Of a DNA stretch of 64,000 nt, positions 43,939 to 53,866 are shown piece after piece (the first letter of the stretch is position 1; each line of letters opens with the position of its first letter). Position numbers and translations under genes: made by a program. Source of the DNA: Francisella tularensis subsp. holarctica (GTDB taxonomy: Bacteria > Pseudomonadota > Gammaproteobacteria > Francisellales > CACEW01); the NCBI GenBank assembly GCA_945860585.1, contig CAMARA010000003.1:368-64367 (forward strand), in the 5' to 3' direction. Below the pieces are notes generated by a model. It was not told where the DNA came from, did no database searches, and saw only the letters and a program-made list of their open reading frames with translations.

Positions 43939-45375
43939 ATGAATCAAAAATGCCCCTTGACGACTTCTAACGGCGCGCCGATTGCCGATGATCAAAACAG
44001 TATCAGCGCAGGCGAGCGGGGTGCACTGACGTTTGATAATTTTCGCTTGTTTGAAAAATTGGCGCATTTTAATCGGGAGCGGATTCCTGAGCGCGTGGTG
44101 CATGCACGGGGAGCGGGGGCCTACGGCACGTTTACCTTGAATCAGGATTTATCCCATTTAACGATTGCAGATTTTTTGCAGGGCGTGGGCAAAGAGACGC
44201 CGGTGTTTTTGCGTTTTTCGACGGTGGGTGGCGGGCAGGATTCAAGTGACTATGCGCGGGATCCACGTGGCTTTGCCCTGAAATTTTATACCCAGCAAGG
44301 CAATTGGGATATGGTGGGAAACAATACGCCTGTGTTTTTCTTGCGGGATCCAAGTAAATTCCCTGATTTTATTCATTCGCAGAAAAAGCATCCACAGACG
44401 AATTTGCCTGATCCTGCGGCGATGTTTGAGTTCTGGGCGAATTCACCACAGTCTCTGCATCAGATGACGATTTTGATGTCTGATCGTGGTATCCCGGCGA
44501 CGTTTCGGCACATGGACGGATTTTCCTCTCATACTTTGAGCTTGTGGAATCAGCAGGGCGAGCGGGTGTGGGTGAAGTGGCATTTTAAAACCCAGCAGGG
44601 GATTCAAACCTTAACTCAGGATGAGGCCGCCCAAAAACCCCCCTTTGGCGCGCAGCAGGATTTATTTGATGCGATTGCGCGCGAGGAGTTTCCACGTTGG
44701 CGGGTATCGATTCAGGTGATGACCCTGGCGCAGGGGCAGACGTATCACATCAATCCGTTTGATTTAACTAAGGTCTGGCCGCATGCAGATTTCCCCTTGA
44801 TCGATGTGGGGATCCTGGAGCTTAATCGCAATGTGCACAATTATTTTGCTGAGGTCGAACAGGCTGCGTTTGCGCCATCTAATGTCGTCCCGGGCGTGAG
44901 CGTGTCTCCGGATAAAATGCTGCAGGCGCGTCTCTTGGCGTATCAGGATGCGCAGCGTTATCGCCTGGGGGTGAATCATGCCCAGTTGCCGGTGAACGCA
45001 CCGCAGTGTCCGGTGCATCATTATCAGCGCGATGGATTGATGGCGCGGGATGCCACGGCGGCGGTGAACTTTTACCCCAATGATCGTGCGGCAGAAGGCG
45101 CACCGGTCCCCATGCCTGAATTCACGGAGCCGCCGTTGCCGATTTTGGGCGAGGCGTGGGTGAAGGCGTATGATACGCAGGATGAAGATAATTTTTCTCA
45201 GGCAGGCGCCTTGTTTCGCTTGATGTCAGAGGATCAGCAAAATCAATTGGCGCACAATATTGCAGGAGGTCTGGTACATGCCAATGCGAGCATTCAGGCG
45301 CGGATGCTGGCGCAGTTTCAAGCGGCTGATCCGAATTATGCGCTGCGGGTCAAACAAGCCCTGATGCAGCAGTGA
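43939..45375 (+). CDS. Monofunctional haem catalase
   Basis: FNRERIPERVVHARGAGAYGTF, RFSTVGG and PVFF.RDP are canonical catalase motifs. I chose ATG 43939 with a GGAG RBS as the start. Confidence 0.93.
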   Translation: MNQKCPLTTSNGAPIADDQNSISAGERGALTFDNFRLFEKLAHFNRERIPERVVHARGAGAYGTFTLNQDLSHLTIADFLQGVGKETPVFLRFSTVGGGQDSSDYARDPRGFALKFYTQQGNWDMVGNNTPVFFLRDPSKFPDFIHSQKKHPQTNLPDPAAMFEFWANSPQSLHQMTILMSDRGIPATFRHMDGFSSHTLSLWNQQGERVWVKWHFKTQQGIQTLTQDEAAQKPPFGAQQDLFDAIAREEFPRWRVSIQVMTLAQGQTYHINPFDLTKVWPHADFPLIDVGILELNRNVHNYFAEVEQAAFAPSNVVPGVSVSPDKMLQARLLAYQDAQRYRLGVNHAQLPVNAPQCPVHHYQRDGLMARDATAAVNFYPNDRAAEGAPVPMPEFTEPPLPILGEAWVKAYDTQDEDNFSQAGALFRLMSEDQQNQLAHNIAGGLVHANASIQARMLAQFQAADPNYALRVKQALMQQ

Positions 45376-45382
45376 TGCCCCT

Positions 45383-46132
45383 GTGAATATTACGGTCATT
45401 GTGCCCACCTATAACGAAGCGGAATGTATTGGTAAGGCACTGTTCGCTTTGGAGGCCGTCCGGGTCACTTTGGTGCATCATCAGCTCAATATTTTGGTGT
45501 TTGATAGTGCGTCTCAGGATGATACAGTCGAAATCGTCAAAGCATTCCAGGCCGAATTTGCGCATATTCATCTACTGACAGAGCCACGTAAATCAGGCCT
45601 GGGAAGTGCGTATGTCCAAGCGATGCGCTATGCCTGGGAGGTGTTGCAGGCAGAGTTGATTTTTGAATATGATGCCGATGGCTCCCATCAACCCCAGTTT
45701 ATCCTGCCGATGATTCAGGCGATTGAACAGGGGGCGGATGTGGCACTGGGGAGTCGCTATATTGCAGGCGGGCAGATTCAAGTGGGCTGGCCCTGGTATC
45801 GACGCTGGATTTCGCAGTGGGGGAATCGCGTGGCGCGCTGGATTTTGACGCGGCGTTATCGTGATTTTACCAGTGGCTTTCGCGCGACGCGGACGGTATT
45901 TTTGCAGCAGGCTTTGGCAGCGCCTTTGCTCTCGCAGAATTATGCCTACAAAATTCATCTGCTCTGGAATTTACATCAATTGCAGGCGCGGATTGTCGAG
46001 GTGCCGATTGTCTTTATTGATCGAGAGCGGGGCGATAGTAAATTTCCGCGCAATAATATCGGGGAATCTTTGAAGCTGGTGCTACTTTTGCGTTGGCGCG
46101 CTATGAAAAAACAACCGATTGTGTCAGAATAG
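45383..46132 (+). CDS. Family 2 glycosyltransferase (polyprenol-phosphate mannosyl/glucosyltransferase-like)
   Basis: ITVIVPTYNEAECI, VFDSASQDDT and YDADGSH (DxD region). Confidence 0.8.
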   Translation: MNITVIVPTYNEAECIGKALFALEAVRVTLVHHQLNILVFDSASQDDTVEIVKAFQAEFAHIHLLTEPRKSGLGSAYVQAMRYAWEVLQAELIFEYDADGSHQPQFILPMIQAIEQGADVALGSRYIAGGQIQVGWPWYRRWISQWGNRVARWILTRRYRDFTSGFRATRTVFLQQALAAPLLSQNYAYKIHLLWNLHQLQARIVEVPIVFIDRERGDSKFPRNNIGESLKLVLLLRWRAMKKQPIVSE

Positions 46133-46153
46133 TCAAAAAAGAAGGGCTTCTGT

Positions 46154-46930
46154 ATGTCATATTTAGTGGATTCCCATTGTCATCTGGATCGCTTGGATCT
46201 TTCGCCCTTTGATGGTTCTCTTGCCAAAGCGCTGGAAGCCTCTGTGCAGATGGATGTCAAAAAAATGCTCTGCATCTCGGTGGATATGGAGAGCATTCCC
46301 CTGATCCTCAGTCTGGCGGATCAGTATCCCATGGTGTATGCCAGTGTCGGCGTTCATCCCAGTGAAGATGAGGGGGATGAGGTCGATCCAGTGCGTTTGC
46401 TGGAATACGCGCGCCATTCTAAAGTGATTGCCATTGGTGAAACCGGCTTGGATTATCATTATCACACCACCGATCAGGCCTTGCAGCGTGAGCGTTTTAT
46501 CCAGCATATTCAGGTCGCACAGCAGTGTGATAAGCCCTTGATCATCCACACGCGCCAGGCGCAGGATGATACTTTAGCCATTTTGCGGGAACAGGCCGTG
46601 AACCGGGCGGTGTTTCATTGTTTTACCGAAAGTATTGACATGGCGCGCCAGGGTTTGGATCTGGGCCTGTATATTTCTTTTTCAGGGATTCTCACTTTTA
46701 AAAATGCCGAGCCCTTGCGTGAGGTGGCACGCTTTGTGCCTTTGGACCGCATTCTGGTGGAGACCGATGCGCCTTATCTCACCCCCATGCCCTATCGCGG
46801 TAAACCCAATTATCCCGGATATACGCGCCTGGTGGCAGAATGCCTCGCAGAATTAAAAGGGCTGCCTTATCCTGACATTCGGGACCAAACCACCCGTAAT
46901 TTTCATCAATTATTTCAACTGGGAGACTGA
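46154..46930 (+). CDS. TatD-family metal-dependent hydrolase (YcfH/TatD-like DNase)
   Basis: VDSHCHLD, AIGETGLDYHY, PLIIHTRQA, FHCF and ETDAPYL motifs. Confidence 0.9.
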   Translation: MSYLVDSHCHLDRLDLSPFDGSLAKALEASVQMDVKKMLCISVDMESIPLILSLADQYPMVYASVGVHPSEDEGDEVDPVRLLEYARHSKVIAIGETGLDYHYHTTDQALQRERFIQHIQVAQQCDKPLIIHTRQAQDDTLAILREQAVNRAVFHCFTESIDMARQGLDLGLYISFSGILTFKNAEPLREVARFVPLDRILVETDAPYLTPMPYRGKPNYPGYTRLVAECLAELKGLPYPDIRDQTTRNFHQLFQLGD

Positions 46931-46932
46931 TT

Positions 46933-48732
46933 ATGCATGTGTTAAAACGGCTATGCAAATGGGTGGTAGGTTTGCTAATTTTGTTGCTGGTGCTTGGCGC
47001 GCTGGGAGCGGTGGCGCTGACGAAGTGGGTGAATCCCAATGATTTCAAGCCGCAGATTGTAACGATGATCGATCAGCAAACCGGGCGTCATCTGACTCTG
47101 ACCGGCAATCTCAGCTGGAATTTTTTCCCACGCCTCGGCGTGCATATGGGCGCTGCAGCCCTAAGTAATCCAGCTGGTTTTAGCCAGGTTAATTTTGTGC
47201 AAATCAGCTCGGCCGATTTGTATTTAAGCTGGCCCGCTTTATTGCATGGTGAGATTGCGGTCAGTAGTCTCAATATCGATGGTCTGCAAGTGTTTCTAAG
47301 GCAGATAGGCCGGCAGAATAACTGGACATTTGCATTGCCGCAGGCGCCAGTGCATGCATCAACTTCTAAAGCATCTCCCGCACATCAGGCCATTGATTTT
47401 AGTATGGATGCTTTGAGTATCACCAATGCGCAGGTTACCTATGATAACGATCAGACGAAAACGCATCTTGTCGTGAGTAATCTCAATGTTGCAGTGAATC
47501 AATTTTCCTTGAGTCAGTCTTTTCCTATCGCTGTGAGCGGCACACTGAATCTTGATGATTCCTTGAGTGGCCACTTTAATGTGGCGGCCTTGTGTGCCTA
47601 TAATTCTGCAAAAAGCATTTTGTATTTAAGTCAATTAGCCGTGCAGAGTAATCTCAGTTATTTGAATAATGCGAGTCAGACAATCAATTTCAGTACGCAA
47701 CTCTCTGGTGATGTGGTCGCTGATTTAGAGAAGCAAACTCTGGCGCTGACGGGCATGAGTTTTGATCTCGACCAAATTGTCAATGGCAATTTTAATGTAC
47801 AGGTAAAAAATTGGGGGGCCTTGAATTATACAGGGGATCTCAGTTTGAATGCGTTTTCTGTGCCGGATCTTGCGAACAGTCTGGGCATGCATTTTCCAGT
47901 TTTGCCGAATAAGCTGGTATTGCAAGCGGTACAGGCCTCTGCGCATGTGCAGGGTAATCTGCAAAAATTAAGTGTGAATCCAATAAAGCTTAGTTTTGGG
48001 CCGACGCATATGCAAGCGGCGGTGAATGTGACCTCATTCCAGCCTTTGCGTCTTGGCGAAAGTATAAGCGCGGATCAGTTGGATGCAGCGGATTTTGTGA
48101 ATTTGGCGGGGGCGCGTTTGCCGATGCAGAATCTGGCTGTATCAGGCACTTTAACGCATGGTCAAAGTCTGAGTGTGAATCAGAATGTGAGTGTGCAGGA
48201 TATTCAGCTGCAGGGTTTTGATTTGCAGGCGCTGATTAATCAGATCAATCAAATTGTCACGAATCTGCTCAATGTGCGCAATGTCTTGACCGCGACCGGG
48301 CAGATTAATCAGTCGATGCAAAACTTGCAGGCCAATCAAGGCGGCATTCATGCCGGCAATGGTCAGCAGACGGATCTCGGGACCCTCAAGGCGAATATTG
48401 TCCTTGATCACGGTCTCCTCACCACGCCGGTGATGCAGATCAAAGGTCCGCTGGTGGATATCAATGGTTCCGGGCAGGTGGACTTGAATCAGCAAACGAT
48501 CAATTATATTTTGGTGAGTAAACTCGTGGCCCCGGGTAAAATTCAAGGCCTGGTGATTCCCTACAAGCTCAGCGGTCCGCTCAATAAAATGCAGCAGGGT
48601 GTCGAGTGGCCGTTGGTGCAAGCGCAGATCGTGAAATACTTAAGTGTAGCGCTGAGCTCCGCCGTGACGCAGTCTGTGGGCTCCGTCGTCGGCGGGGCGG
48701 TGAATGCGTTGAAAGGCCTGCTGGCGCATTGA
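46933..48732 (+). CDS. AsmA-family outer-membrane biogenesis protein
   Basis: N-terminal anchor LLILLLVLGALGAVAL followed by NPNDFKPQIVTMIDQQTGRHLTLTGNLSWNFFPRLGV, the typical AsmA N-terminus. The rest is a repetitive beta-rich body. Confidence 0.8.
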   Translation: MHVLKRLCKWVVGLLILLLVLGALGAVALTKWVNPNDFKPQIVTMIDQQTGRHLTLTGNLSWNFFPRLGVHMGAAALSNPAGFSQVNFVQISSADLYLSWPALLHGEIAVSSLNIDGLQVFLRQIGRQNNWTFALPQAPVHASTSKASPAHQAIDFSMDALSITNAQVTYDNDQTKTHLVVSNLNVAVNQFSLSQSFPIAVSGTLNLDDSLSGHFNVAALCAYNSAKSILYLSQLAVQSNLSYLNNASQTINFSTQLSGDVVADLEKQTLALTGMSFDLDQIVNGNFNVQVKNWGALNYTGDLSLNAFSVPDLANSLGMHFPVLPNKLVLQAVQASAHVQGNLQKLSVNPIKLSFGPTHMQAAVNVTSFQPLRLGESISADQLDAADFVNLAGARLPMQNLAVSGTLTHGQSLSVNQNVSVQDIQLQGFDLQALINQINQIVTNLLNVRNVLTATGQINQSMQNLQANQGGIHAGNGQQTDLGTLKANIVLDHGLLTTPVMQIKGPLVDINGSGQVDLNQQTINYILVSKLVAPGKIQGLVIPYKLSGPLNKMQQGVEWPLVQAQIVKYLSVALSSAVTQSVGSVVGGAVNALKGLLAH

Positions 48733-48766
48733 GGCTTCTCCCCTCCACCCGAAATAGATAGTGTGC

Positions 48767-48795
48767 TTGACACCTATTTTGTAATGCTATATCAT
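48767..48795 (+). promoter_or_regulatory. Putative sigma70 promoter of the chorismate-utilising operon
   Basis: TTGACA (48767-48772), a 17-nt spacer, then TATCAT (48790-48795). Confidence 0.45.
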
Positions 48796-48826
48796 TACAG
48801 AACTTGAAAAAAATGAGAGGCATGGA

Positions 48827-50287
48827 GTGAAGGTTCGCAATACGGTGGAGCGTTTTCCACAGCCATTGAGTGCATTTCAGGCGTATGTGTGCTTAAAGCA
48901 GCAGCGTGGTGTGGATGATTTATTTTTGCTGGAGTCCCTCTCCGGCCCAGAGCGTACGGTGCGCAAAGCCTTGCTGGCTGTGCAACCGCTGTTGACACTG
49001 CGTGTGTCGGGGCCGCAACTCAGTCTGTCCGGGCATCCGCAAGTATGTGCTGCAGTGCAGTCGGTCTTAGATGCCTCCCCGCTGCTGCAGGATCTGAAAT
49101 TGCACGCATTGACCGATCTGTTTGCCGTCTTACGTTTGATTGAAGCGAGTTTTGAGGTGGAGTATCAAGCGGGATTTGATTTTGACTATCGTTTTGGCTT
49201 CCTCGGTTATTTTGGCTATGATGCCATGCAGTATATCGAAGCAATGGAGCATACCATCACGGCGGGAGAAGATCTGCCGGATATCGTGCTGCGGCTCTAT
49301 CAATCTGTTGTGTATGTGGACTTAAAAACCCAGGCCTCGTATTGGATTCACAGTCATTTTCCTGGCGTGGCGGATCATGATCTGCAAACGGTATTATTGC
49401 AGGCGGGATCGAGCACAGTCTTGCCGCTGCCTGCTGCCGATGTCCCCCTCCCTGATTGCGTGGAAGATTCTCTGACCGAGGCGGAATATCTGCGTTTAGT
49501 GGATCGGGCTTTGCATCATATTGCGCTGGGCGATATCTATCAAATTCAGCTGGGACATACACTGCAGATTCATACTCCGATTGATCCGTTCGTGGTCTAT
49601 CAGCGTATGCGGGCGCATAATCCATCGCCCTATATGTATTTTGTAGAAATAGGGTCGCTGCGTATCATTGGCGCCAGTCCTGAATTATGTGTGAATCAGC
49701 ACGCCGGGCAGGTAACGATCCGGCCTTTAGCAGGGACGATTCATCGCGGTAAAACTCCAGAGGAAGAAGTACGCTTGCAGGAAAAACTCCGCAATGATCC
49801 TAAAGAACAGGCCGAGCATATTATGCTGGTCGATCTGGCGCGCAATGATATCAGCCGGATCTGTCAGGTGAACACCTTGAAAGTGACGGAGCTCATGGTG
49901 ATCGAGGCCTACTCCCATGTGTTTCATCTAGTGTCCAATGTGATGGGCCAATTAGCGGCCGGGCTGGATCATTATGATGTGATTGCGGCGAGTTTTCCTG
50001 CAGGCACCTTGACTGGAGCCCCCAAAATTCGGGCGATGGAACTCATTGAGAGCATGGAAACCTCCAGGCGCGGTATTTACGGCGGCTGTCTTGGCTTTAT
50101 TGACTTTCGTGGCAACACTGAAATGGCGATCTGCATTCGCACGGCCGTCTATCAGCATGGCGCGTATTTGATCCGGGCGTCGGCGGGGATTGTAGTCGAC
50201 TCGATCGGCGCACAGGAATGGCGCGAGACGTTATCCAAATTAGGCTCCAGTTATCATGCCATCACCGGACAGGAGTTGCCGAAATGA
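48827..50287 (+). CDS. Chorismate-utilising enzyme, anthranilate/aminodeoxychorismate synthase component I family
   Basis: LLESLSGP, SPELCV, RPLAGT, DPKEQAEHIMLVDLARND, GAPKIRAMELIE and RGIYGG motifs. I cannot tell TrpE from PabB by eye. There are no trpD/C/B/A genes nearby. Confidence 0.85.
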   Translation: MKVRNTVERFPQPLSAFQAYVCLKQQRGVDDLFLLESLSGPERTVRKALLAVQPLLTLRVSGPQLSLSGHPQVCAAVQSVLDASPLLQDLKLHALTDLFAVLRLIEASFEVEYQAGFDFDYRFGFLGYFGYDAMQYIEAMEHTITAGEDLPDIVLRLYQSVVYVDLKTQASYWIHSHFPGVADHDLQTVLLQAGSSTVLPLPAADVPLPDCVEDSLTEAEYLRLVDRALHHIALGDIYQIQLGHTLQIHTPIDPFVVYQRMRAHNPSPYMYFVEIGSLRIIGASPELCVNQHAGQVTIRPLAGTIHRGKTPEEEVRLQEKLRNDPKEQAEHIMLVDLARNDISRICQVNTLKVTELMVIEAYSHVFHLVSNVMGQLAAGLDHYDVIAASFPAGTLTGAPKIRAMELIESMETSRRGIYGGCLGFIDFRGNTEMAICIRTAVYQHGAYLIRASAGIVVDSIGAQEWRETLSKLGSSYHAITGQELPK

Positions 50288-50868
50288 AAATTTTATTAGT
50301 CGATGCTTATGACAGTTTTGTGTATACGATCGATCAGTATTTGCAGGCTTTGGGGGCACAAGTGGACGTGATTCGCCATGATCAGCTGGATTTTCAGCAG
50401 ATTGAGGACGCGGCTTATACCAGCATTGTCCTGGGCCCTGGGCCGGGTCATCCGCGTGATTGCGGTTATGTGGAGGTGATTCAGCATTTTAAAAATAGTC
50501 TGCCGATTCTAGGCGTCTGTTTAGGCATGCAAGCGATGGCCCTCGCGTTTGGCGGGAATGTCGTCTCCGCGCAACACCGCATGCATGGCAAGATCAGTCA
50601 AATCGAACATGATGGTCAGGGCTGTTTTGTCGGCCTGCCGCAGCCCCTTTCCGTGACCCGCTATCATTCCCTCATCGCTGAAGAGGCATCCTTCCCCGCG
50701 GAGTTGAGCATCAGCGCGCGTTCTCTCGACGACCACTATATCATGGGCCTGCGCCATCGCACTCTGCCGATTGAAGGCGTGCAGTTTCATCCCGAAAGTA
50801 TTTGTACGCAAGAAGGCGCGCAGATTTTTAAAAATTTTCTTGCTAAAGGAGCCGGGTTTGGTAGATAA
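50284..50868 (+). CDS. Glutamine amidotransferase component II (TrpG/PabA family)
   Basis: MKILLVDAYDSFVYT, the GVCLGMQA catalytic Cys and the VQFHPES His-Glu pair. An ATGA overlap links it to the upstream gene. Confidence 0.88.
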   Translation: MKILLVDAYDSFVYTIDQYLQALGAQVDVIRHDQLDFQQIEDAAYTSIVLGPGPGHPRDCGYVEVIQHFKNSLPILGVCLGMQAMALAFGGNVVSAQHRMHGKISQIEHDGQGCFVGLPQPLSVTRYHSLIAEEASFPAELSISARSLDDHYIMGLRHRTLPIEGVQFHPESICTQEGAQIFKNFLAKGAGFGR

Positions 50869-50916
50869 TACCCCACGTTTATATTAAGGTTTAGCTTTAA
50901 AAACAAGGAGTGTGCT

Positions 50917-51246
50917 ATGGTTCAACATATTGTTCTATTTGATTTTTCACATTGTCCAAAATATGACTTCCCGATTCGCCATTTTTTTGAGCAAATCCGC
51001 CTACGTCACAGAGTGTTCAGATTTGATTCTTTCCACTGCGGCGCAAATTGCAGCCCAGAACTCTTAGATAAAGGGTACACTCATGCCATGAGCATGGTCT
51101 TTGAAAACATAGAAGATCGTGATCGTTATCTCACGCATCATGAGCATCTCGATATCGTCAAACGCTTCTTGCACCCGCTCACCGAACAAAAACCAGAACG
51201 TGTTCTAGTTATGGATATCGAAAGCGAAGTCAGGGGGAGCGTGTAA
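50917..51246 (+). CDS. Dabb (stress-responsive alpha/beta-barrel) domain protein
   Basis: MVQHIVLFDF...FENIEDRDRYLTHHEHLDIVKRF fits the Dabb family pattern. Confidence 0.72.
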   Translation: MVQHIVLFDFSHCPKYDFPIRHFFEQIRLRHRVFRFDSFHCGANCSPELLDKGYTHAMSMVFENIEDRDRYLTHHEHLDIVKRFLHPLTEQKPERVLVMDIESEVRGSV

Positions 51247-51257
51247 TCGTCAAGGAG

Positions 51258-51287
51258 TGTCATCCTCGCGAAAGCGGGGGTCCAGTC
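51258..51287. repeat. Solo arm of the palindromic MITE-like family
   Basis: tgtcatcctcgcgaaagcgggggtccagtc matches the 30-bp arm of the elements at 22509 and 62098. There is no partner arm. It lies between the convergent Dabb and cspA genes. Confidence 0.6.
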
Positions 51288-51322
51288 CAATCCCCCCTTT
51301 CATTATCTAGCGCGCCAAAAAA

Positions 51323-51535
51323 CTATTCCAGCACCGTAATATCATCTGCCTGCAAGCCTTTCGGCCCATCAATCACAATAAACTCAACCTGTTCACCCTG
51401 ATTCAGCGTCCGAAACCCATCACCCCGAATACTTTTATAGTGCGCAAAAATATCTTCCCCGCCTTCCTGCTCAATAAACCCAAACCCTTTCTTGTTGTTA
51501 AACCACTTAACAACACCGATTTTTCTCTCTGACAT
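51323..51535 (-). CDS. cspA: Cold-shock protein (CspA family)
   Basis: GVVKWFNNKKGFGFI (RNP1) and DIFAHY (RNP2), 70 aa. Confidence 0.93.
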   Translation of the reverse strand: MSERKIGVVKWFNNKKGFGFIEQEGGEDIFAHYKSIRGDGFRTLNQGEQVEFIVIDGPKGLQADDITVLE

Positions 51536-51570
51536 GACGATCCTTACCTCGTTGATTAAAGTCTAAGTAT

Positions 51571-51599
51571 AATATAACGAGGTTTAAAAAAAATGTAAA
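51571..51599 (-). promoter_or_regulatory. Putative sigma70 promoter of the csp gene
   Basis: The minus strand reads TTTACA (51599-51594), a 17-nt spacer, then TATATT (51576-51571). Confidence 0.4.
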
Positions 51600-51620
51600 G
51601 CCCCTTTTTTCTATCCTCGG

Positions 51621-52991
51621 TTAGGCTCCGGGGGTAAGTGTGGGGGCTGAAGTAGATTGTCCATTTTTTAGTACATCGTAAAAGGGGGCAGCCACTTGCT
51701 GGTGGGGCTTGGCCTGCCTACCGTTGATCGAGGGATCTCCTAAAAGACTTTGTTTGCTTTGAGTGGTAGGAGTTCTTACTGTGGACGTATCATGCACTGT
51801 AGTATTTAAAGAGGGCTCAGGAGCAGGTGCATCCATCTTCTTGGGTGAGCTAAACAGTCGCGCTGCAAATTTTGAGATGGTATTTCCAATTGCGTTCAAA
51901 GCGCTGCCAATTAATTTATACCACGGCTGTTTGTTTGGTTGATTCACTGCTGTAGCATTATTATTTGTTTGAAGGCCGCGTGTGTTCAGCGTCGACATTG
52001 CATCAACTCGATTCCTTGCCGCTTGCTGCGTTATTCTAAGTGCGGCGTCACGATGGTGTGGTGCTTTTTGGGCCGAGCTAGGTGGCGTCTGAGGTGCTGT
52101 TGCCATATTACTATGTGAAGATCCCGCGGTTCGAGTAGGGCTGCCGGTGTCTGTAGAGGGTTGCTCCGATGCTTGGTGGTGAGAACCTGTAGCAGATCTG
52201 TGCCCATCTACATAAGGGTTAGATAGGATCAGATTTAGAGGGGAATGAGCACCGGTGACGGGAGCCGCGCCATCTGTTGACATCGTTACTCCGCTAGACC
52301 AGCTGCCACTCCGGGCTCGATGCATTTGCACCGGTTCGGTATCGTATGTCGGAGCATTTTTATCGAGATTCATAATCTCGTTTGCACTCTTAAGAAGATT
52401 TGCCCATAAAGGAGGAGCTGAGCGTACGTCAAGCGTCTCTTTTTCAGATGTCGTGGTAAGTGACTTTATTGATTCTCCAGCCCCAAGCTTGCTTTTGTAA
52501 TCAAAGAACAGCTTTCGCCTGTTGCCGTGTAAGCGACTATCAAGTGAGGCCATTACTTTGATTAGTGCATCTATCTTCATCTGGTGATCCCAAATTTCTT
52601 CTTGTCTTACAATCTGTATAATTTGCTGCAGAATAGACTGTTTTGCTTCTTGCAGTTCTGCTTCAGTTGGATCAGCAGTCGATCCAGAAGCTGCTCCACT
52701 TGAAGTGACGGCCAGTGTGGGCTTTATTGTTGTAGTTGTAGTAGCAGCTTTTTTTAATTTCACTAGGGTGTTATAATATCCATTCTCTTTGCGGCGTTTT
52801 TCCGTCGGAAGTCTTGGTATGTCTTTATCGCTTGGAAATGGATCAGATAAAAGTTTTGCAGTCGTCAAGCTGTTCGAGTGTTTTCTGGTATCTACGATAG
52901 GTTGCGTCAGCTCACCATCATCATGTTTTTCCTTCAGATATGCTGCTTCTCTCTCTTGGTATGCCATAATCATTCCCCTTATAATCGTCAA
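51621..52991 (-). CDS. Ser/Thr/Pro-rich hypothetical protein, effector-like
   Basis: 456-aa ORF with low-complexity S/T/P/A/Q-rich stretches, no signal peptide and no TM segment. I recognise no family. Confidence 0.5.
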   Translation of the reverse strand: MTIIRGMIMAYQEREAAYLKEKHDDGELTQPIVDTRKHSNSLTTAKLLSDPFPSDKDIPRLPTEKRRKENGYYNTLVKLKKAATTTTTIKPTLAVTSSGAASGSTADPTEAELQEAKQSILQQIIQIVRQEEIWDHQMKIDALIKVMASLDSRLHGNRRKLFFDYKSKLGAGESIKSLTTTSEKETLDVRSAPPLWANLLKSANEIMNLDKNAPTYDTEPVQMHRARSGSWSSGVTMSTDGAAPVTGAHSPLNLILSNPYVDGHRSATGSHHQASEQPSTDTGSPTRTAGSSHSNMATAPQTPPSSAQKAPHHRDAALRITQQAARNRVDAMSTLNTRGLQTNNNATAVNQPNKQPWYKLIGSALNAIGNTISKFAARLFSSPKKMDAPAPEPSLNTTVHDTSTVRTPTTQSKQSLLGDPSINGRQAKPHQQVAAPFYDVLKNGQSTSAPTLTPGA

Positions 52992-53194
52992 AATGATGAA
53001 CTTGTTTTGCTCTATTGAAACATGCGCTTTAAAACAAATACACTCATTTTTTAACTGACAATTTTTGCATGAGAATTCTGAAATGTTATTTTTAGTTGTT
53101 GGTTTTCAGAATTCATAATTGAATTATAGATGAATAAAAAAAATATGTCAACATCTAGGTTTTTGTCTAGTGTTTATTTGTAATTTTGGTGGGC

Positions 53195-53866
53195 TTAGGG
53201 GGCGGGGTTGAAGTCTGCGCTGGCGAAGAGTTTGGGGTTGGTGGGGGGGGTGTGGTTGAGGATTTTTCTGTCGCGGTGGTGTTGGTAAAGAAGGCAGAGG
53301 GCGGCAGCGCAAAGTAGGGGGCCGGCGATGAGCAGTCCAATGCCGGCATGGGCGACGCTGGGGACGATTCCTTTGTCTGAAGTATAGATGGATGAGCCGA
53401 TGAGGATTGAGGCTAAGCCTGCTAAGGCGGTGATGGGGGTAAGATATGTTAGGATATTCTCTCGTAATCTTGCTTGCCTGCAGCGGGTGGCCACGTTGTC
53501 GATGCTTGTTTTGAAAAAGGGAAGAGGCTCTATGCGGTTTTGGCACTTTTGCAGTAAGTCGATCGTGGTTTTTTCCGTGCCGAGATTGATGAGAACGTGG
53601 CGAGCGGTGGGGAGGAGCGCTAGAATTTGTTTCTTGATTGTATTCCGAATTTCTTTGTTGGTGAGACGCAGCTTGAGCAGGTCATCAAATTCAAAGAATT
53701 CTGCGATCTTGCAAAGCATTACTGTAGGAAAAAAACCTACTCCCGCTAATCTGGGTGGGATGATAATGGCGATGTCACCTGCTGAACTCCCCGCTGTGCC
53801 TCTTTCCGAAAGAAGCGGTATGGTGAAGGGGGAGTTTGGTCCGTCTATACGTATGGCTTTGTACAC
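53195..53866 (-). CDS. F-box-like domain membrane protein (eukaryotic-like, effector candidate)
   Basis: Residues about 46-84 (nt 53615-53731), FPTVMLCKIAEFFEFDDLLKLRLTNKEIRNTIKKQILAL, fit the F-box consensus LP.E.L..I..fL...DLl.lrlV.K.w...v. Two C-terminal TM segments follow (ITALAGLASILIGSSIY, IGLLIAGPLLCAAALCLLY). Confidence 0.62.
   Translation of the reverse strand: MYKAIRIDGPNSPFTIPLLSERGTAGSSAGDIAIIIPPRLAGVGFFPTVMLCKIAEFFEFDDLLKLRLTNKEIRNTIKKQILALLPTARHVLINLGTEKTTIDLLQKCQNRIEPLPFFKTSIDNVATRCRQARLRENILTYLTPITALAGLASILIGSSIYTSDKGIVPSVAHAGIGLLIAGPLLCAAALCLLYQHHRDRKILNHTPPTNPKLFASADFNPAP

Noticed and set aside
53148-53546. Pro/Arg-rich 132-aa and 60-aa ORFs on the minus strand, and the 175-aa plus-strand ORF (53388-53915)
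   Set aside because: They overlap the better-supported F-box gene (53195-53866) in other frames. Their low-complexity composition is typical of frame-shifted translation of a real gene. They have no RBS or start context.
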